25,730 nucleotides of DNA, from positions 1 through 25,730 of the forward strand of contig JBCCQY010000134.1 in the NCBI GenBank assembly GCA_039208735.1, read 5' to 3'. A program made the position numbers and the translations under genes. A model generated the notes under the pieces. The model was not told the origin of the DNA, did not search any database, and saw only the letters and a list, made by a program, of their open reading frames with translations. This stretch comes from Myxococcota bacterium. GTDB taxonomy: Bacteria; Myxococcota_A; UBA796; GCA-2862545. Shown piece after piece: positions 16,342 through 25,236 of the stretch (within the stretch, counting starts at the first letter, position 1; each line of letters begins with the position of its first letter).

Positions 16342-17524
16342 TTCTGACCCTGCCACTGGCTGGCGCGCCGTCGAGCTGGGCGTCGTTCGCCACCATGCCG
16401 ACACCGCGAACCTCCTCCAACAACTCCTCACCGTCGATCCAAACTGGGTCCCGGCGCTGTGTCTACGTGGCTTCGCGCTGCTGTTCAAGGGCCGTCGGGC
16501 CTTACGAGACGCAGCCGCCGAGCATGGCAACCAAGCCCACCAGGCCATCGCATCCGGTCGCGGGGAGCCCGGTGATGACGACCTCGTTGATGCGTTGTGG
16601 GCCTGGTCTCGCGACGATGGCTGGGCTGCGGAAGCTGCCTTGCAGCGTCGTCTCCTCGCGAAGCCTCATGATTTGTTCACGGTCAAGCTCCAGCACGGAC
16701 TGTTGTTCATGATGGGGCAATCCAAGGTGATGCGGGAGCGCATTGAGGCCCATCTCGCCACGTGGCCAAACGACGACCCCGATCGGGGCTATGTGCTGGG
16801 CGCTACGGTGTTTGCTCGGGTGGAGTGCGAAGATTTCGACGCCGCCGATGTGGCGAGGCAGGAATGGACCGAGCACCCCGCCGATGATGCATGGGGGCTT
16901 CACGCGGTCGCCCATTTGCTTCACGAACAGGGCCGATTCACCGACGCCCTCGACTGGCTCGAGCAACGCCAAGATCGTTGGGCGGCCTGCGACCGGTTCG
17001 GGAACCACCTCGACTGGCATCGGGCGTTGCTGCATCTTCACCTGGGCAGCACGGAGCGCGCGCTTTCGATCCACGACGAACACCTGCGGGGCGTTTTTGA
17101 TGGCGACTACCGCGACATGAGCAACGCGGTATCGATCTTGTGGCGCCTCGAAGCGTTGGGCATCGACGTCGGGCCCCGCTGGCAGGAACTCGCGGCGGCC
17201 TGCTCTGGGCTGCTCCACGACCATGGTTCGGCCTTCGCCGACGCCCACTACGTGCTGGCCCAACTTCACGGCGGGCCCCCTGAATGCGTCCATCCCATGT
17301 TGGAGACGCTCCGCGAGATCGATGGAGCTGGCTACCAGGATGGCGTCGTCAAGGAGGTCGGACTGGTGTTGTGCCAGGCGCTCGCCGAGTGGCAACGTCA
17401 TCCGGAGCGGGCCCTCGAGGGGCTGCGAACCATTGGCTGCGACATTCCATTGATTGGCGGTTCCCGGGCGCAGCGCTCGTTGTTCGACGACGTCATCGCT
17501 CACCTCGAACGCGTCACGGCCTGA
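16322..17524 (+). CDS. TTC38-like tetratricopeptide-repeat protein
   Basis: DDAWGLHAVAH, FGNHLDWHRAL, NAVSILWRLE..G.DVG.RW..LA, FADAHY, IGGSRAQR.LF. Confidence 0.82.
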   Translation: MHALSNSSDPATGWRAVELGVVRHHADTANLLQQLLTVDPNWVPALCLRGFALLFKGRRALRDAAAEHGNQAHQAIASGRGEPGDDDLVDALWAWSRDDGWAAEAALQRRLLAKPHDLFTVKLQHGLLFMMGQSKVMRERIEAHLATWPNDDPDRGYVLGATVFARVECEDFDAADVARQEWTEHPADDAWGLHAVAHLLHEQGRFTDALDWLEQRQDRWAACDRFGNHLDWHRALLHLHLGSTERALSIHDEHLRGVFDGDYRDMSNAVSILWRLEALGIDVGPRWQELAAACSGLLHDHGSAFADAHYVLAQLHGGPPECVHPMLETLREIDGAGYQDGVVKEVGLVLCQALAEWQRHPERALEGLRTIGCDIPLIGGSRAQRSLFDDVIAHLERVTA

Positions 17525-17550
17525 GCTGTGCCCAGGTGGTCTCGCCCACC

Positions 17551-17577
17551 TTGACAACGCCAGGGCCGGGTTCTAAT
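17551..17577 (+). promoter_or_regulatory. Sigma70-type promoter, possibly giving a leaderless mRNA
   Basis: Perfect TTGACA at 17551-17556; TCTAAT at 17572-17577 (15-nt spacer) or TAATCC at 17574-17579 (17-nt spacer); ATG at 17586 with no SD. Confidence 0.5.
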
Positions 17578-17585
17578 CCCGCGCG

Positions 17586-18230
17586 ATGACCGCAGGTCCG
17601 GTAGCGATTGCCGTTGACGACGCCGCCCAGGCGGACTGGGTGGGGTTCATTGTCGAAGGGCTGCAGCTCGATGGCTTCGATGCACAGCTCATCGAAGGTG
17701 CAGACCTACCCGCGGGGACCGCGATGCTCGTGATCGTGTGCACGACGGCGTCAAGGCCCACCATGACGTCACGTTACGCGCAGTCTCCGGCTCGGATCAT
17801 CCCTGTGCTGCGAGAAGGTACGCCGGAGACCGCGTTGCCGGACTGGGTGGAGGACGGACTGTACATCGACCTTCGCGACGGCGTGACCCACAAAGGGGAA
17901 CTCGAGCGTTTGTGGCAGACCCTCGCGGGCTCGCCCCTCGCCGCCACCCCGCTGACCCAGGCCGAGCGGCATCTCAACGACCTCGCCAAAGCGGAAGGCC
18001 CTCAGGTTGCCGGCTGGTCCGCGGTGACCTGGGCAGACGAGGCGCACGGACGCGACGACTTCGCCACCGAATGGTTCCTCCGTCGCCTGGCCGCCGAACT
18101 CCTGCAACGCGGCCAAGAGCACGATGAGGCTTTGGTGCAAGCCCGACGGGGACTGATGGCGGCCCTCATTGTGGATGCGACCTCGGGCATCGCCGTGCAC
18201 GACGCGCTCATCGAATCGCTGGAGCCTTAA
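17586..18230 (+). CDS. Hypothetical protein with shortened TIR/SEFIR-like N-terminal domain and helical C-terminus
   Basis: DD....WV......L...GFDA, LVIVCT and IIPVLREG....ALPDW.....YIDLR......LERL...L.G resemble bacterial SEFIR/TIR_2 domains. Confidence 0.55.
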   Translation: MTAGPVAIAVDDAAQADWVGFIVEGLQLDGFDAQLIEGADLPAGTAMLVIVCTTASRPTMTSRYAQSPARIIPVLREGTPETALPDWVEDGLYIDLRDGVTHKGELERLWQTLAGSPLAATPLTQAERHLNDLAKAEGPQVAGWSAVTWADEAHGRDDFATEWFLRRLAAELLQRGQEHDEALVQARRGLMAALIVDATSGIAVHDALIESLEP

Positions 18231-18245
18231 CCGCGCGAAGACGCA

Positions 18246-19340
18246 TCAGCCCCCAAGCGCCCAAATGCGAACGGTCAGATACCACGCGACCATGGACCAA
18301 CGCGGCGCCAAGCCGAGGTGAACGACCTCCATCTTAGGCCGGAACTTTTCTTTGAACGCCGCGAGTCGCTGAAACCCAAACCAACGTTCGGCCAATGCGC
18401 CTTCGTAGGCCCAGCGCATCGCACGCCCACGCCATCCGGGCACGGCCCGGACCCCGTCACCCGCCAAGGGGCACGGTCCGAGACTCACCTGGGCGACGCC
18501 TTCGTCGCCGAGCCGGCGAATCGTCTCGACGAGCAGCGTTTCCATGGCTCCCGGAATCGCCTGCGGATCCCGACACAGGACATCGAAACTGTTCCGTCCC
18601 GAAGGTCCAGGCAGGACCGTGCAAAACGCCTGGACCTCACCGTCGCGGTGGGCAACGAAGGTTCGCCGACCGAAGGGCCGCTCGAAGACGGGACGTCCGG
18701 AGAGCCAGCGCACCTGCCAAGGCACCCGACGGCCTTCCAAGAAGCGACGCCAGCAATCGGCAAGAGGAACCTGCCACGACTGGGCATCGACCTCCTCGAT
18801 GTGCACGCCGCGCTTAGTGGCTCGGTTGCGCATCTGTCGTAGATCGGCGAAGCGCTTGCCGCGAAGGGTGAATCGGTCAAGGTGGACCCAGGCCTCGACC
18901 CCCACCGGCAAACTCTCAAAGCCTGCCTTCTGGGCTGCCTCAAGGTCGGGTTCCCGTACGGGATACACGGCCTGACGCCGAAGACCCAGCACCGCCGTTT
19001 CTTCGCGAAAACGCCGAAACGCAGACGGCCGGTCCTCGCCGTGTATGCCGCCTACCGCAAGGGCCGTGGCGCCTCGAGCCACGAAGCTCGTCCACTCGTT
19101 CGCGTCGCCGACCGTGGCCAGCCCGGGTTGCAAGGCCAGCCAGCCCTCGGGAGGGGGCTCACGCAGGGTGAGTCGACGATGACGCTCCACCGGCGAGACA
19201 TCGGGCGCATCCCACTTCGTGCCCACATCAAAGAGGGTCCCCGGCCACGCGAGGAGCGAGCGCACAAGCCGGCCCGTGCCAGGGTCGAGCGGCACCATAC
19301 GAGTCGCGTTCGCAGTCAGGACTCCTCCCTTCCGAACCAT
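18246..19340 (-). CDS. Stand-alone aminoacyl-phosphatidylglycerol synthase C-terminal domain (DUF2156/MprF-C-like)
   Basis: GVEAWVHL..FTLRGKRFADLRQMRNRA, GAMETLL, VSLG.CPL, FGFQRLAAFKEKFRP; no large TM flippase domain. Start uncertain (ATG 19340 or 19298). Confidence 0.8.
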   Translation of the reverse strand: MVRKGGVLTANATRMVPLDPGTGRLVRSLLAWPGTLFDVGTKWDAPDVSPVERHRRLTLREPPPEGWLALQPGLATVGDANEWTSFVARGATALAVGGIHGEDRPSAFRRFREETAVLGLRRQAVYPVREPDLEAAQKAGFESLPVGVEAWVHLDRFTLRGKRFADLRQMRNRATKRGVHIEEVDAQSWQVPLADCWRRFLEGRRVPWQVRWLSGRPVFERPFGRRTFVAHRDGEVQAFCTVLPGPSGRNSFDVLCRDPQAIPGAMETLLVETIRRLGDEGVAQVSLGPCPLAGDGVRAVPGWRGRAMRWAYEGALAERWFGFQRLAAFKEKFRPKMEVVHLGLAPRWSMVAWYLTVRIWALGG

Positions 19341-19609
19341 AGGGTTTCCTTCGGATCGGACCCATGCCGCGCAAGGTTGCTCCAACCCGACCTTCGAGGC
19401 AAACGAGGTGCATGCTCCGCCAAGGTTCCTTCGACACCGCGGCCGGGCCAGCTGGCGCTTGAACAAGACGGCAGTTGTCGGAAGCGCGACGGTGGGTGCA
19501 CCGCGCCCGGTGCCTGGGGCCAGTCCGCCACTCCTTTCGACGATCCCTTGAACTGTAGGTCAACCTAGACCGACTCGCATGGCTCGAAGAGCAAGGCTGG
19601 AAGTCGACC

Positions 19610-19638
19610 TTGTCCGTGTTCTGTCAACGGAATGTCAC
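19610..19638 (+). promoter_or_regulatory. 11-bp-period TGTC(A/C) direct repeats, Pho-box/OmpR-family-like
   Basis: TGTCC 19611, TGTCA 19622, TGTCA 19633, in the divergent intergenic gap. Confidence 0.35.
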
Positions 19639-19734
19639 GCCCCGAAATCTTCTGCGGTAGGCAATCCCAAAGACTCAGGCTGACGTGAAGGGGCGAACCC
19701 TGTAATCTGGGCCGAACATCGAAAGGACGATCCG

Positions 19735-20661
19735 GTGATTCGACCCACAGTATTTTTTGCGCTTCTGTCCGTTGGCTGCAACCTGACCTCAACTCAAGAC
19801 TGCGCCGTGGAAGACGAGATTCTCGTGTTCTTCGACGAGGACGGCGACGGGTTCGGTCGGGTGACCGCCGGCTACGTGTGCTCGGTGGGCGCCAACCAAT
19901 CGACCAACAATCTTGATTGCAACGATGCATTTGCTGAAGTGTTCCCCGGCGCGGCCGAGATCTGCGACGACCTCGACAACAATTGCGACGGGCAAGTCGA
20001 TGAAGGCTTCGAGACGCTGCTGTACTTCATCGACGAAGACAACGACGGCTTTGGCGGCAACCGAGAATTCCTTACCTGTGAAGACCCTGGCGAAGGCTGG
20101 GTGACCGAACCCGGCGACTGCAACGACCAAAACGAAAATGTGTTCCCCCTGCAGGAAGAAATCTGCGGGAACGGCCTTGATGACAACTGTGACGGGTCGA
20201 TCGATTTCGGCCCGGAAACTTGCGACAACGGGGTCGATGACAACTGCGATGGCACGATTGACTGTGATGACGACCTGTGTATCGGGGCTCCCGGTTGCCA
20301 GCTCGTCTGTGTCGATGAAACGCTGACCAATTTCCTACCTGCCATGGTGAATGGAACCACAGTCGGGCAAGGGGACGACTGGTTCCCGCAGTGTGGAGCC
20401 TCGAACGCGACCGATTATTCGTTTCAGTTCACCGCCCCGCTCGATGGTCTGTACACCTTCGATACCGTGGGTAGTGGATATGATACGGTCATCGCCGCGT
20501 TCGACGGTTGTGGCGGCATCCAACTGGACTGCAATGACGACACCTTCGGGTTGCAGTCCCAAATCACGTTGTCGCTCACGGCCGGCGAAATTGCGGTCAT
20601 CGTAGTGGACGGCTTCTCGTCCAACTCTGGCGACTTCGTGCTCAACGCCACGGGGCCGTAA
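19735..20661 (+). CDS. Lipoprotein with MopE-like putative metal-binding repeats and C-terminal PPC-like beta-sandwich
   Basis: LSVGC lipobox; DEDGDGFG...DCND...VFPGAAEICDDLDNNCDGQVDEG-type units about 3 times; C-terminal YTFDT.GS.YDTV...CNDD...IVVDGF...G.F.L; SD AAAGGA. Confidence 0.82.
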   Translation: MIRPTVFFALLSVGCNLTSTQDCAVEDEILVFFDEDGDGFGRVTAGYVCSVGANQSTNNLDCNDAFAEVFPGAAEICDDLDNNCDGQVDEGFETLLYFIDEDNDGFGGNREFLTCEDPGEGWVTEPGDCNDQNENVFPLQEEICGNGLDDNCDGSIDFGPETCDNGVDDNCDGTIDCDDDLCIGAPGCQLVCVDETLTNFLPAMVNGTTVGQGDDWFPQCGASNATDYSFQFTAPLDGLYTFDTVGSGYDTVIAAFDGCGGIQLDCNDDTFGLQSQITLSLTAGEIAVIVVDGFSSNSGDFVLNATGP

Positions 20662-20664
20662 GCC

Positions 20665-20682
20665 TCAGCGCCTCAACGCTGA
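20665..20682. terminator. Short hairpin between convergent genes
   Basis: TCAGCG-CCTCAA-CGCTGA nearly fills the gap between the stops at 20661 and 20683; no U-tract. Confidence 0.3.
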
Positions 20683-21993
20683 CTATTCACCAACACTGAC
20701 AAAGAGATACTCGTCCGGCTCCTCTTGGCCTTCCAGAGTGGCGTTGGGCAAGGCCTTGGCCAACTGCGCGGCCACGTCGTCGGTGATGAAGTTCTCATTC
20801 AGATTCAACTGGGTGAGGTGCACGAGCTTGTCGGCGTTGTCCAGCAATACCTGCGCTCCGGCGTCGGTCATCGTGCCCATCGACAGGTTGAGGACCTGGA
20901 GCTGCGGCAACACGGCCGCGCTCACGACCTGGGCGGGGATGGCGTCGGCGAACTCTGAATTCATCAGGCCAAGCGACTTGAGCTTCGGCCACCGAGCTGC
21001 CGCCTCAAGCACCGCGGCGGCATGGCTGACGTCGCCTTCCAACCCGTACTCGTCGGTGCCCCACCAGATGTCGAGCCGCTCGAGCGCGGGCAACGTGGCC
21101 TGGGCAATGCGCTCGGCGGGCTCCTTGGGTAGCCCCCCGGTGCGGAGTTCGAGGTGCTTCAACCGAGGCGCTTCCATGGCCCCAAGGGAGATGTTTCCCC
21201 CTTGCACTTCCAGGTGTTCGAGGTCCGGCAGCACCGACCAGAGGTCGGCCAACGACCCGATGTTCGTCCAGGAAATCTCCGTGTCATCGGGGTACTCAAA
21301 GTCCCCGACGACCAGACGCTTCACGCCGCGCCGAATTCCATTCTTGACGATGGCATTGATGGAATCTTGCCATTCGTGCTCGTACTCTTGGTCGGCGGGA
21401 AGCCCCAGCCGCAGCTCTTGGAGGAACCGCGCGGACGGGTGACGCAACGCACGTCCAATGAGCGCTCCAAAACTGGAGAGACCCTCGGGGAGTTCATCTT
21501 CGTACTCGAAGTTTCCGAACGCCAACGACTTCCAGAAGCCAAACGCCCACTCCACCTTGACGAACGGAGCAAACTCGCCTGCGAACGGGCCCATGAACGC
21601 CTTTTCATTTGCCTTGAGCAGCGCTTCGGTATCGGTTTCGTTGGCAAAGGCCATGACGAAGTCGCCCCTTGGGTCGCCCTCGCCCATCAGCCAGTCCGCA
21701 TAGACCCGCCAAGGGTCTGGATTGTCAGAATCCTCGACAATGGCCTGTTCGAGGGCCGGATTGCGACCGGGCTCGGCCCGCACCACTGCGACTACCGGCG
21801 CATATCCCTTCTTCACCTTGGACTTTGTAATCTTCTCAGCTTCCTTCGAAGCTTCCTCCGGAGAGCTGAACACCTTCGTCTTCGACTGGCCGTTCGTACC
21901 GATTCGGCCGTATCGAACCGTGAAAGTGCTGCCTTCTACCTCAATTTCCCAGAACTTTTGGGACTTGCCATCGTCGAGTTCGTAGCGCGCCAT
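20683..21993 (-). CDS. WGR + TIGR02996 + leucine-rich-repeat protein (STM4015/MolR-like C-terminus)
   Basis: WGR: KSQKFWEI...VRYGRIGTNGQ...KVKKGY; TIGR02996: WRVYADWLMGEGDPRG; EISW, LERLDIWWG, LGLMNSE, LNLSMGTMTDAGA, C-terminal FVSVGE. Confidence 0.85.
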   Translation of the reverse strand: MARYELDDGKSQKFWEIEVEGSTFTVRYGRIGTNGQSKTKVFSSPEEASKEAEKITKSKVKKGYAPVVAVVRAEPGRNPALEQAIVEDSDNPDPWRVYADWLMGEGDPRGDFVMAFANETDTEALLKANEKAFMGPFAGEFAPFVKVEWAFGFWKSLAFGNFEYEDELPEGLSSFGALIGRALRHPSARFLQELRLGLPADQEYEHEWQDSINAIVKNGIRRGVKRLVVGDFEYPDDTEISWTNIGSLADLWSVLPDLEHLEVQGGNISLGAMEAPRLKHLELRTGGLPKEPAERIAQATLPALERLDIWWGTDEYGLEGDVSHAAAVLEAAARWPKLKSLGLMNSEFADAIPAQVVSAAVLPQLQVLNLSMGTMTDAGAQVLLDNADKLVHLTQLNLNENFITDDVAAQLAKALPNATLEGQEEPDEYLFVSVGE

Positions 21994-22036
21994 GAACCAC
22001 CCTTGGACCCTGGATCCATGGTTGGGTAGCGCGAGT

Positions 22037-23290
22037 TTACGCGGCGCGCCGGGAAGCCCAACGGAACACGAGGGTGGTCAACGCTCCAACAAGCGAAAAC
22101 AGTGCGAGAACGTAGAACAGATTCTGATGGCCCTGCACGCCCGGGTTGCTGTCGAGGAGCACCCCCATCAGCGGTCCAAAGAACACATCGGGCGTGTAGC
22201 CGGTGAGCGACACCACCCCAACCGCCGTTCCCGTGACCGCCACGGGCACACGGGCTTCGTTGAACACGGCAAAGTAGACCCCACGGAGCCCGTACACAAA
22301 GGCAGTGCTAGCAAAGATGGTGACCAGCAGCAGGACGGTCAACCCAGCGCCCGCGAAGGCGGCGATCAGCAAGTTGCCTCCGATCAGCGCCACAAAGGAC
22401 ACCAAAATCACCTGCGAACCCACGAGACGGTCCGCGAGCACTCCAGCTCCAACCGCGGCCAAGGGTCGAACCCACAACACGGCCGTCCCCACCGACGCCG
22501 CTTGAACATCGTCGTAGCCAAGGGCGTCACTGGCGAGCAGCGAGAAGTCGTCGGTGCCCTTGTAGCCGACGTAGGCACAGATCACGATGACGGCCTGCAG
22601 CCAAAGGGTCGGCATCCGGAGCACCCGACCGACCTGGCGAAGGTTGAAGCGCGGCTCATCGACCGCCGCAGGGGGCGTTTCCCGGTGCGGAATGAGCCAC
22701 CACACGACCCCGGCCGCCAAAGCCGTGCCCAAGGTAAAGTAGAGGATGGCCGACTGAAGCGCAGCACGCTTCGCCTCGAGCGTCGCATTCGCCGCGTCGG
22801 GAAGCATCCAAGCAAACAGGCCTACCGACACGGTCGATATGAGGGCGCCGACGAGTCCACGCCCCCCATCGAGCAGCCCGTACGCGCGACCCTGTGCATC
22901 CTCACCGCCCCATTCGCGCGTCGCGCGTAGCATCGCCGCCCAGAACAGCAGGATGGTCGTGAGCCCAAAGTAGCCGTACAGCCACTCGAGCATCCGCAAC
23001 GACGGCATCGTATAGAAGAACAGGCCCCCTGCGGCGGTGGTCAGCAATGCAGTCGCCATCAGGTTCCGAGCCGGAAACCGGTCGGCCAGCGGCCCCCCGA
23101 AGAGGTAGGAGCCCATGGCTACGGTACCGTAGAACGAAAACGCAACCCCAAGCTGGGTATTGTCGATCTCGAAAACCTCGAGGACAGTGGGCCGAAACAC
23201 GCGAATGAGTACGAAGGGGAGCGCAAAGATGGCTTCCCCCGCGATCACAAGCGCGAGCATCATGGTCCACGGGTGTTCGGATCGCGACAA
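22037..23290 (-). CDS. Major facilitator superfamily transporter
   Basis: About 12 TM helices; motif A-like GGPLADRFPAR and AGVLADRLVG; QGRAYGLLDGGRG; GYTPDVF. Confidence 0.88.
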   Translation of the reverse strand: MSRSEHPWTMMLALVIAGEAIFALPFVLIRVFRPTVLEVFEIDNTQLGVAFSFYGTVAMGSYLFGGPLADRFPARNLMATALLTTAAGGLFFYTMPSLRMLEWLYGYFGLTTILLFWAAMLRATREWGGEDAQGRAYGLLDGGRGLVGALISTVSVGLFAWMLPDAANATLEAKRAALQSAILYFTLGTALAAGVVWWLIPHRETPPAAVDEPRFNLRQVGRVLRMPTLWLQAVIVICAYVGYKGTDDFSLLASDALGYDDVQAASVGTAVLWVRPLAAVGAGVLADRLVGSQVILVSFVALIGGNLLIAAFAGAGLTVLLLVTIFASTAFVYGLRGVYFAVFNEARVPVAVTGTAVGVVSLTGYTPDVFFGPLMGVLLDSNPGVQGHQNLFYVLALFSLVGALTTLVFRWASRRAA

Positions 23291-23329
23291 GGCCCCTCCA
23301 TCGAACGAGGGGCCACCCTACCGCATGCG

Positions 23330-24511
23330 CTACGGTTCGCCGCTCGCGAGTTCCAGCACGCGGTCGATGAAGTCGTCGCCGACATGCGCGTTGAGCGGCC
23401 CTCCAAGAAAGCCACCGAGGTTCACCCCCGCAGCGATGCCGATGGGGGCGTCCGGTCGGGCCAAGATCACGGCCGAGGCACCGATGTCTCCACCGTAGTG
23501 GCCCACCCAAGTGGTCGGCTCTCCCGCGATGGTCACCACGCGACGTTGGAGCCCTAAACCGTAGGCGTAAGCTTGCTCATCGTCTTCACGTTGGGAATCG
23601 GGATTCCACTCGATCATCGCATCGGCCAACCCAGACGACAACAGCGTGCCCTGCGCCACCGCCTCGGCAAACCGAAGGCTTTCGAGGGGCGTCGATCGAA
23701 GGTTCCCCGCTCCGATGACCTGGGCGTCGTAGGAGGCCTGCAATTCGCTGACATTCTCGAGCTGGCCCCCGGGCAGTTCCCAATAGGCGTTCACCCGCCC
23801 CGCCGGATCCGCGCCCCCCGAAAGCGGCAGCTCGGTCTGCACGAGCTCCAAAGGCCCAAAGACCTCCTGGGCCATGGCCGCATTTCGGTCTCCCGTGAGG
23901 GTCTCGATGGCCATCGCGGCGAGAACGTAGGACGTATCCGTGTAGTGGTAGCCTTCACCCGGGTCAAAGAACGCAGGATCGCCACGAACGAAGTCGATCA
24001 TCTGCTCTGGCGGGTCATCGCCCGAAGGATTGTCGAATTCCCAAGTGAGGTAGCCCAAATCCTCGTTGAAGTCCTTGAGCCCGGAGCTGTGGTTCAAGAG
24101 TTGGCGAACCGTGACCTGATCGATGTTGGCCAGACCCTCGAGCACTTCGGGCGCGAGAAGCTCCGCAATCCGGTCGTCCAACCCAAGTTCGCCCGCATCG
24201 ACAAGGCGCAAGAGGAGCAGGGCGGTCCACGTCTTGCCAACACTCGCCCAGGGATGCACATGGCAGGGGTTCATCGGCACATCGTGTTCGATGTCCGCCA
24301 TGCCCGCAGCTCCCGCCCAAAGACCATCAGGGGTCCGAACCGCCAGCGAAAGCCCAGGGATTCCTTTGGCGACCACCCCATCCAGCTCCGCCTGGAGCGC
24401 CTCTGCGGCTGGGTGATCGACAAACGCGACGTCGCAGGCGATCTCGGAGTTGGGCGTGGGTGGCGTCACGCAACCCACCACAAACGAGAAGCCCAGAGTC
24501 ACCCGCATCAT
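23330..24511 (-). CDS. Serine hydrolase, beta-lactamase/D-Ala-D-Ala peptidase family, probable lipoprotein
   Basis: Start moved to ATG 24511 (SD GAGGAAGG; FVVGC lipobox-like). SVGK (SxxK), TVRQLLNHSSG, YHYTDT (YxN variant), GHYG. Confidence 0.88.
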   Translation of the reverse strand: MMRVTLGFSFVVGCVTPPTPNSEIACDVAFVDHPAAEALQAELDGVVAKGIPGLSLAVRTPDGLWAGAAGMADIEHDVPMNPCHVHPWASVGKTWTALLLLRLVDAGELGLDDRIAELLAPEVLEGLANIDQVTVRQLLNHSSGLKDFNEDLGYLTWEFDNPSGDDPPEQMIDFVRGDPAFFDPGEGYHYTDTSYVLAAMAIETLTGDRNAAMAQEVFGPLELVQTELPLSGGADPAGRVNAYWELPGGQLENVSELQASYDAQVIGAGNLRSTPLESLRFAEAVAQGTLLSSGLADAMIEWNPDSQREDDEQAYAYGLGLQRRVVTIAGEPTTWVGHYGGDIGASAVILARPDAPIGIAAGVNLGGFLGGPLNAHVGDDFIDRVLELASGEP

Positions 24512-25092
24512 GCCTTCCTCCCCGACCCAAGGGTCGCGCGAAGTCCGATCGAAAGCGTGCCTTGAGGCCCTAGCGGGAGCGAAGGAAGAAAGCCGGTTTG
24601 AGCCCACCAATGGTAGTCAACGAGGATCGTTAGAGGGGCCTTCGAGACGTCGCCAAGATCGAATCCTGCGGCCACGCCAGCTCCCAGAACCAGATTGGGC
24701 CTGCCTAGGCCGCGCCGCGCCTCGTAGTTGCCTGGCGTGGTCTGCTCCAGGATCGGACGCTGCCGCACCACGTGGTGCAAACCAAGACCAAGCCCTGCTT
24801 CGACCACCGGACCCACGCCAGATGCCCAGCGCAAATCGAGGTCGGTGGTCAATCGAATCGCATTCCCCGCCGTCGGGTGAGCGTGGCCACCCACACGAAC
24901 GCTCTGCACGACATCGAAACGCCGGTCGAGCCAGAGATGTTGCCCCCCAACCGTCACGGCAGGACGCAGCGGGGCTCGGGGAACCACGTTCTGAAAGGGA
25001 AACGCTACGGAATGGTCGCCGACCTCCACTTCGACCGCGTCGATGAACGGTGCTGCCCCGGCGACCGAGGCCAATCGCAAGACACCGGGCAT
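24508..25092 (-). CDS. Hypothetical beta-strand-rich (outer-membrane beta-barrel-like) protein
   Basis: Start moved to ATG 25092 (SD GAGGAGG); amphipathic strands (VVEAGLGLGLHH, LVLGAGVAAGFDL, TLSIGLRATL); ATGA overlap with the hydrolase gene. Confidence 0.65.
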   Translation of the reverse strand: MPGVLRLASVAGAAPFIDAVEVEVGDHSVAFPFQNVVPRAPLRPAVTVGGQHLWLDRRFDVVQSVRVGGHAHPTAGNAIRLTTDLDLRWASGVGPVVEAGLGLGLHHVVRQRPILEQTTPGNYEARRGLGRPNLVLGAGVAAGFDLGDVSKAPLTILVDYHWWAQTGFLPSLPLGPQGTLSIGLRATLGSGRKA

Positions 25093-25138
25093 GGAACCTC
25101 CTCGCGCTGTGACCCCGGCCGCGACCGAAGATGTTTCC

Positions 25139-25154
25139 TTCGCGATGTCGCGAA
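25139..25154. promoter_or_regulatory. Perfect inverted repeat, candidate operator in a divergent promoter region
   Basis: TTCGCGA-TG-TCGCGAA, overlapped by an ATGTC direct repeat (25145, 25155). Confidence 0.35.
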
Positions 25155-25236
25155 ATGTCACAGCGGCGGAAACTCGAGGGGCGGCGGGTGTCCAAGTTTG
25201 TGAGGCCCGTTTGCGGGTCCGGAACGGAGAGAGCCC

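Noticed and set aside
19228..19930. Short ORFs in or near the intergenic gap (19228-19563, 19316-19531, 19565-19930)
   Set aside because: No motifs, and each overlaps a better-supported gene.
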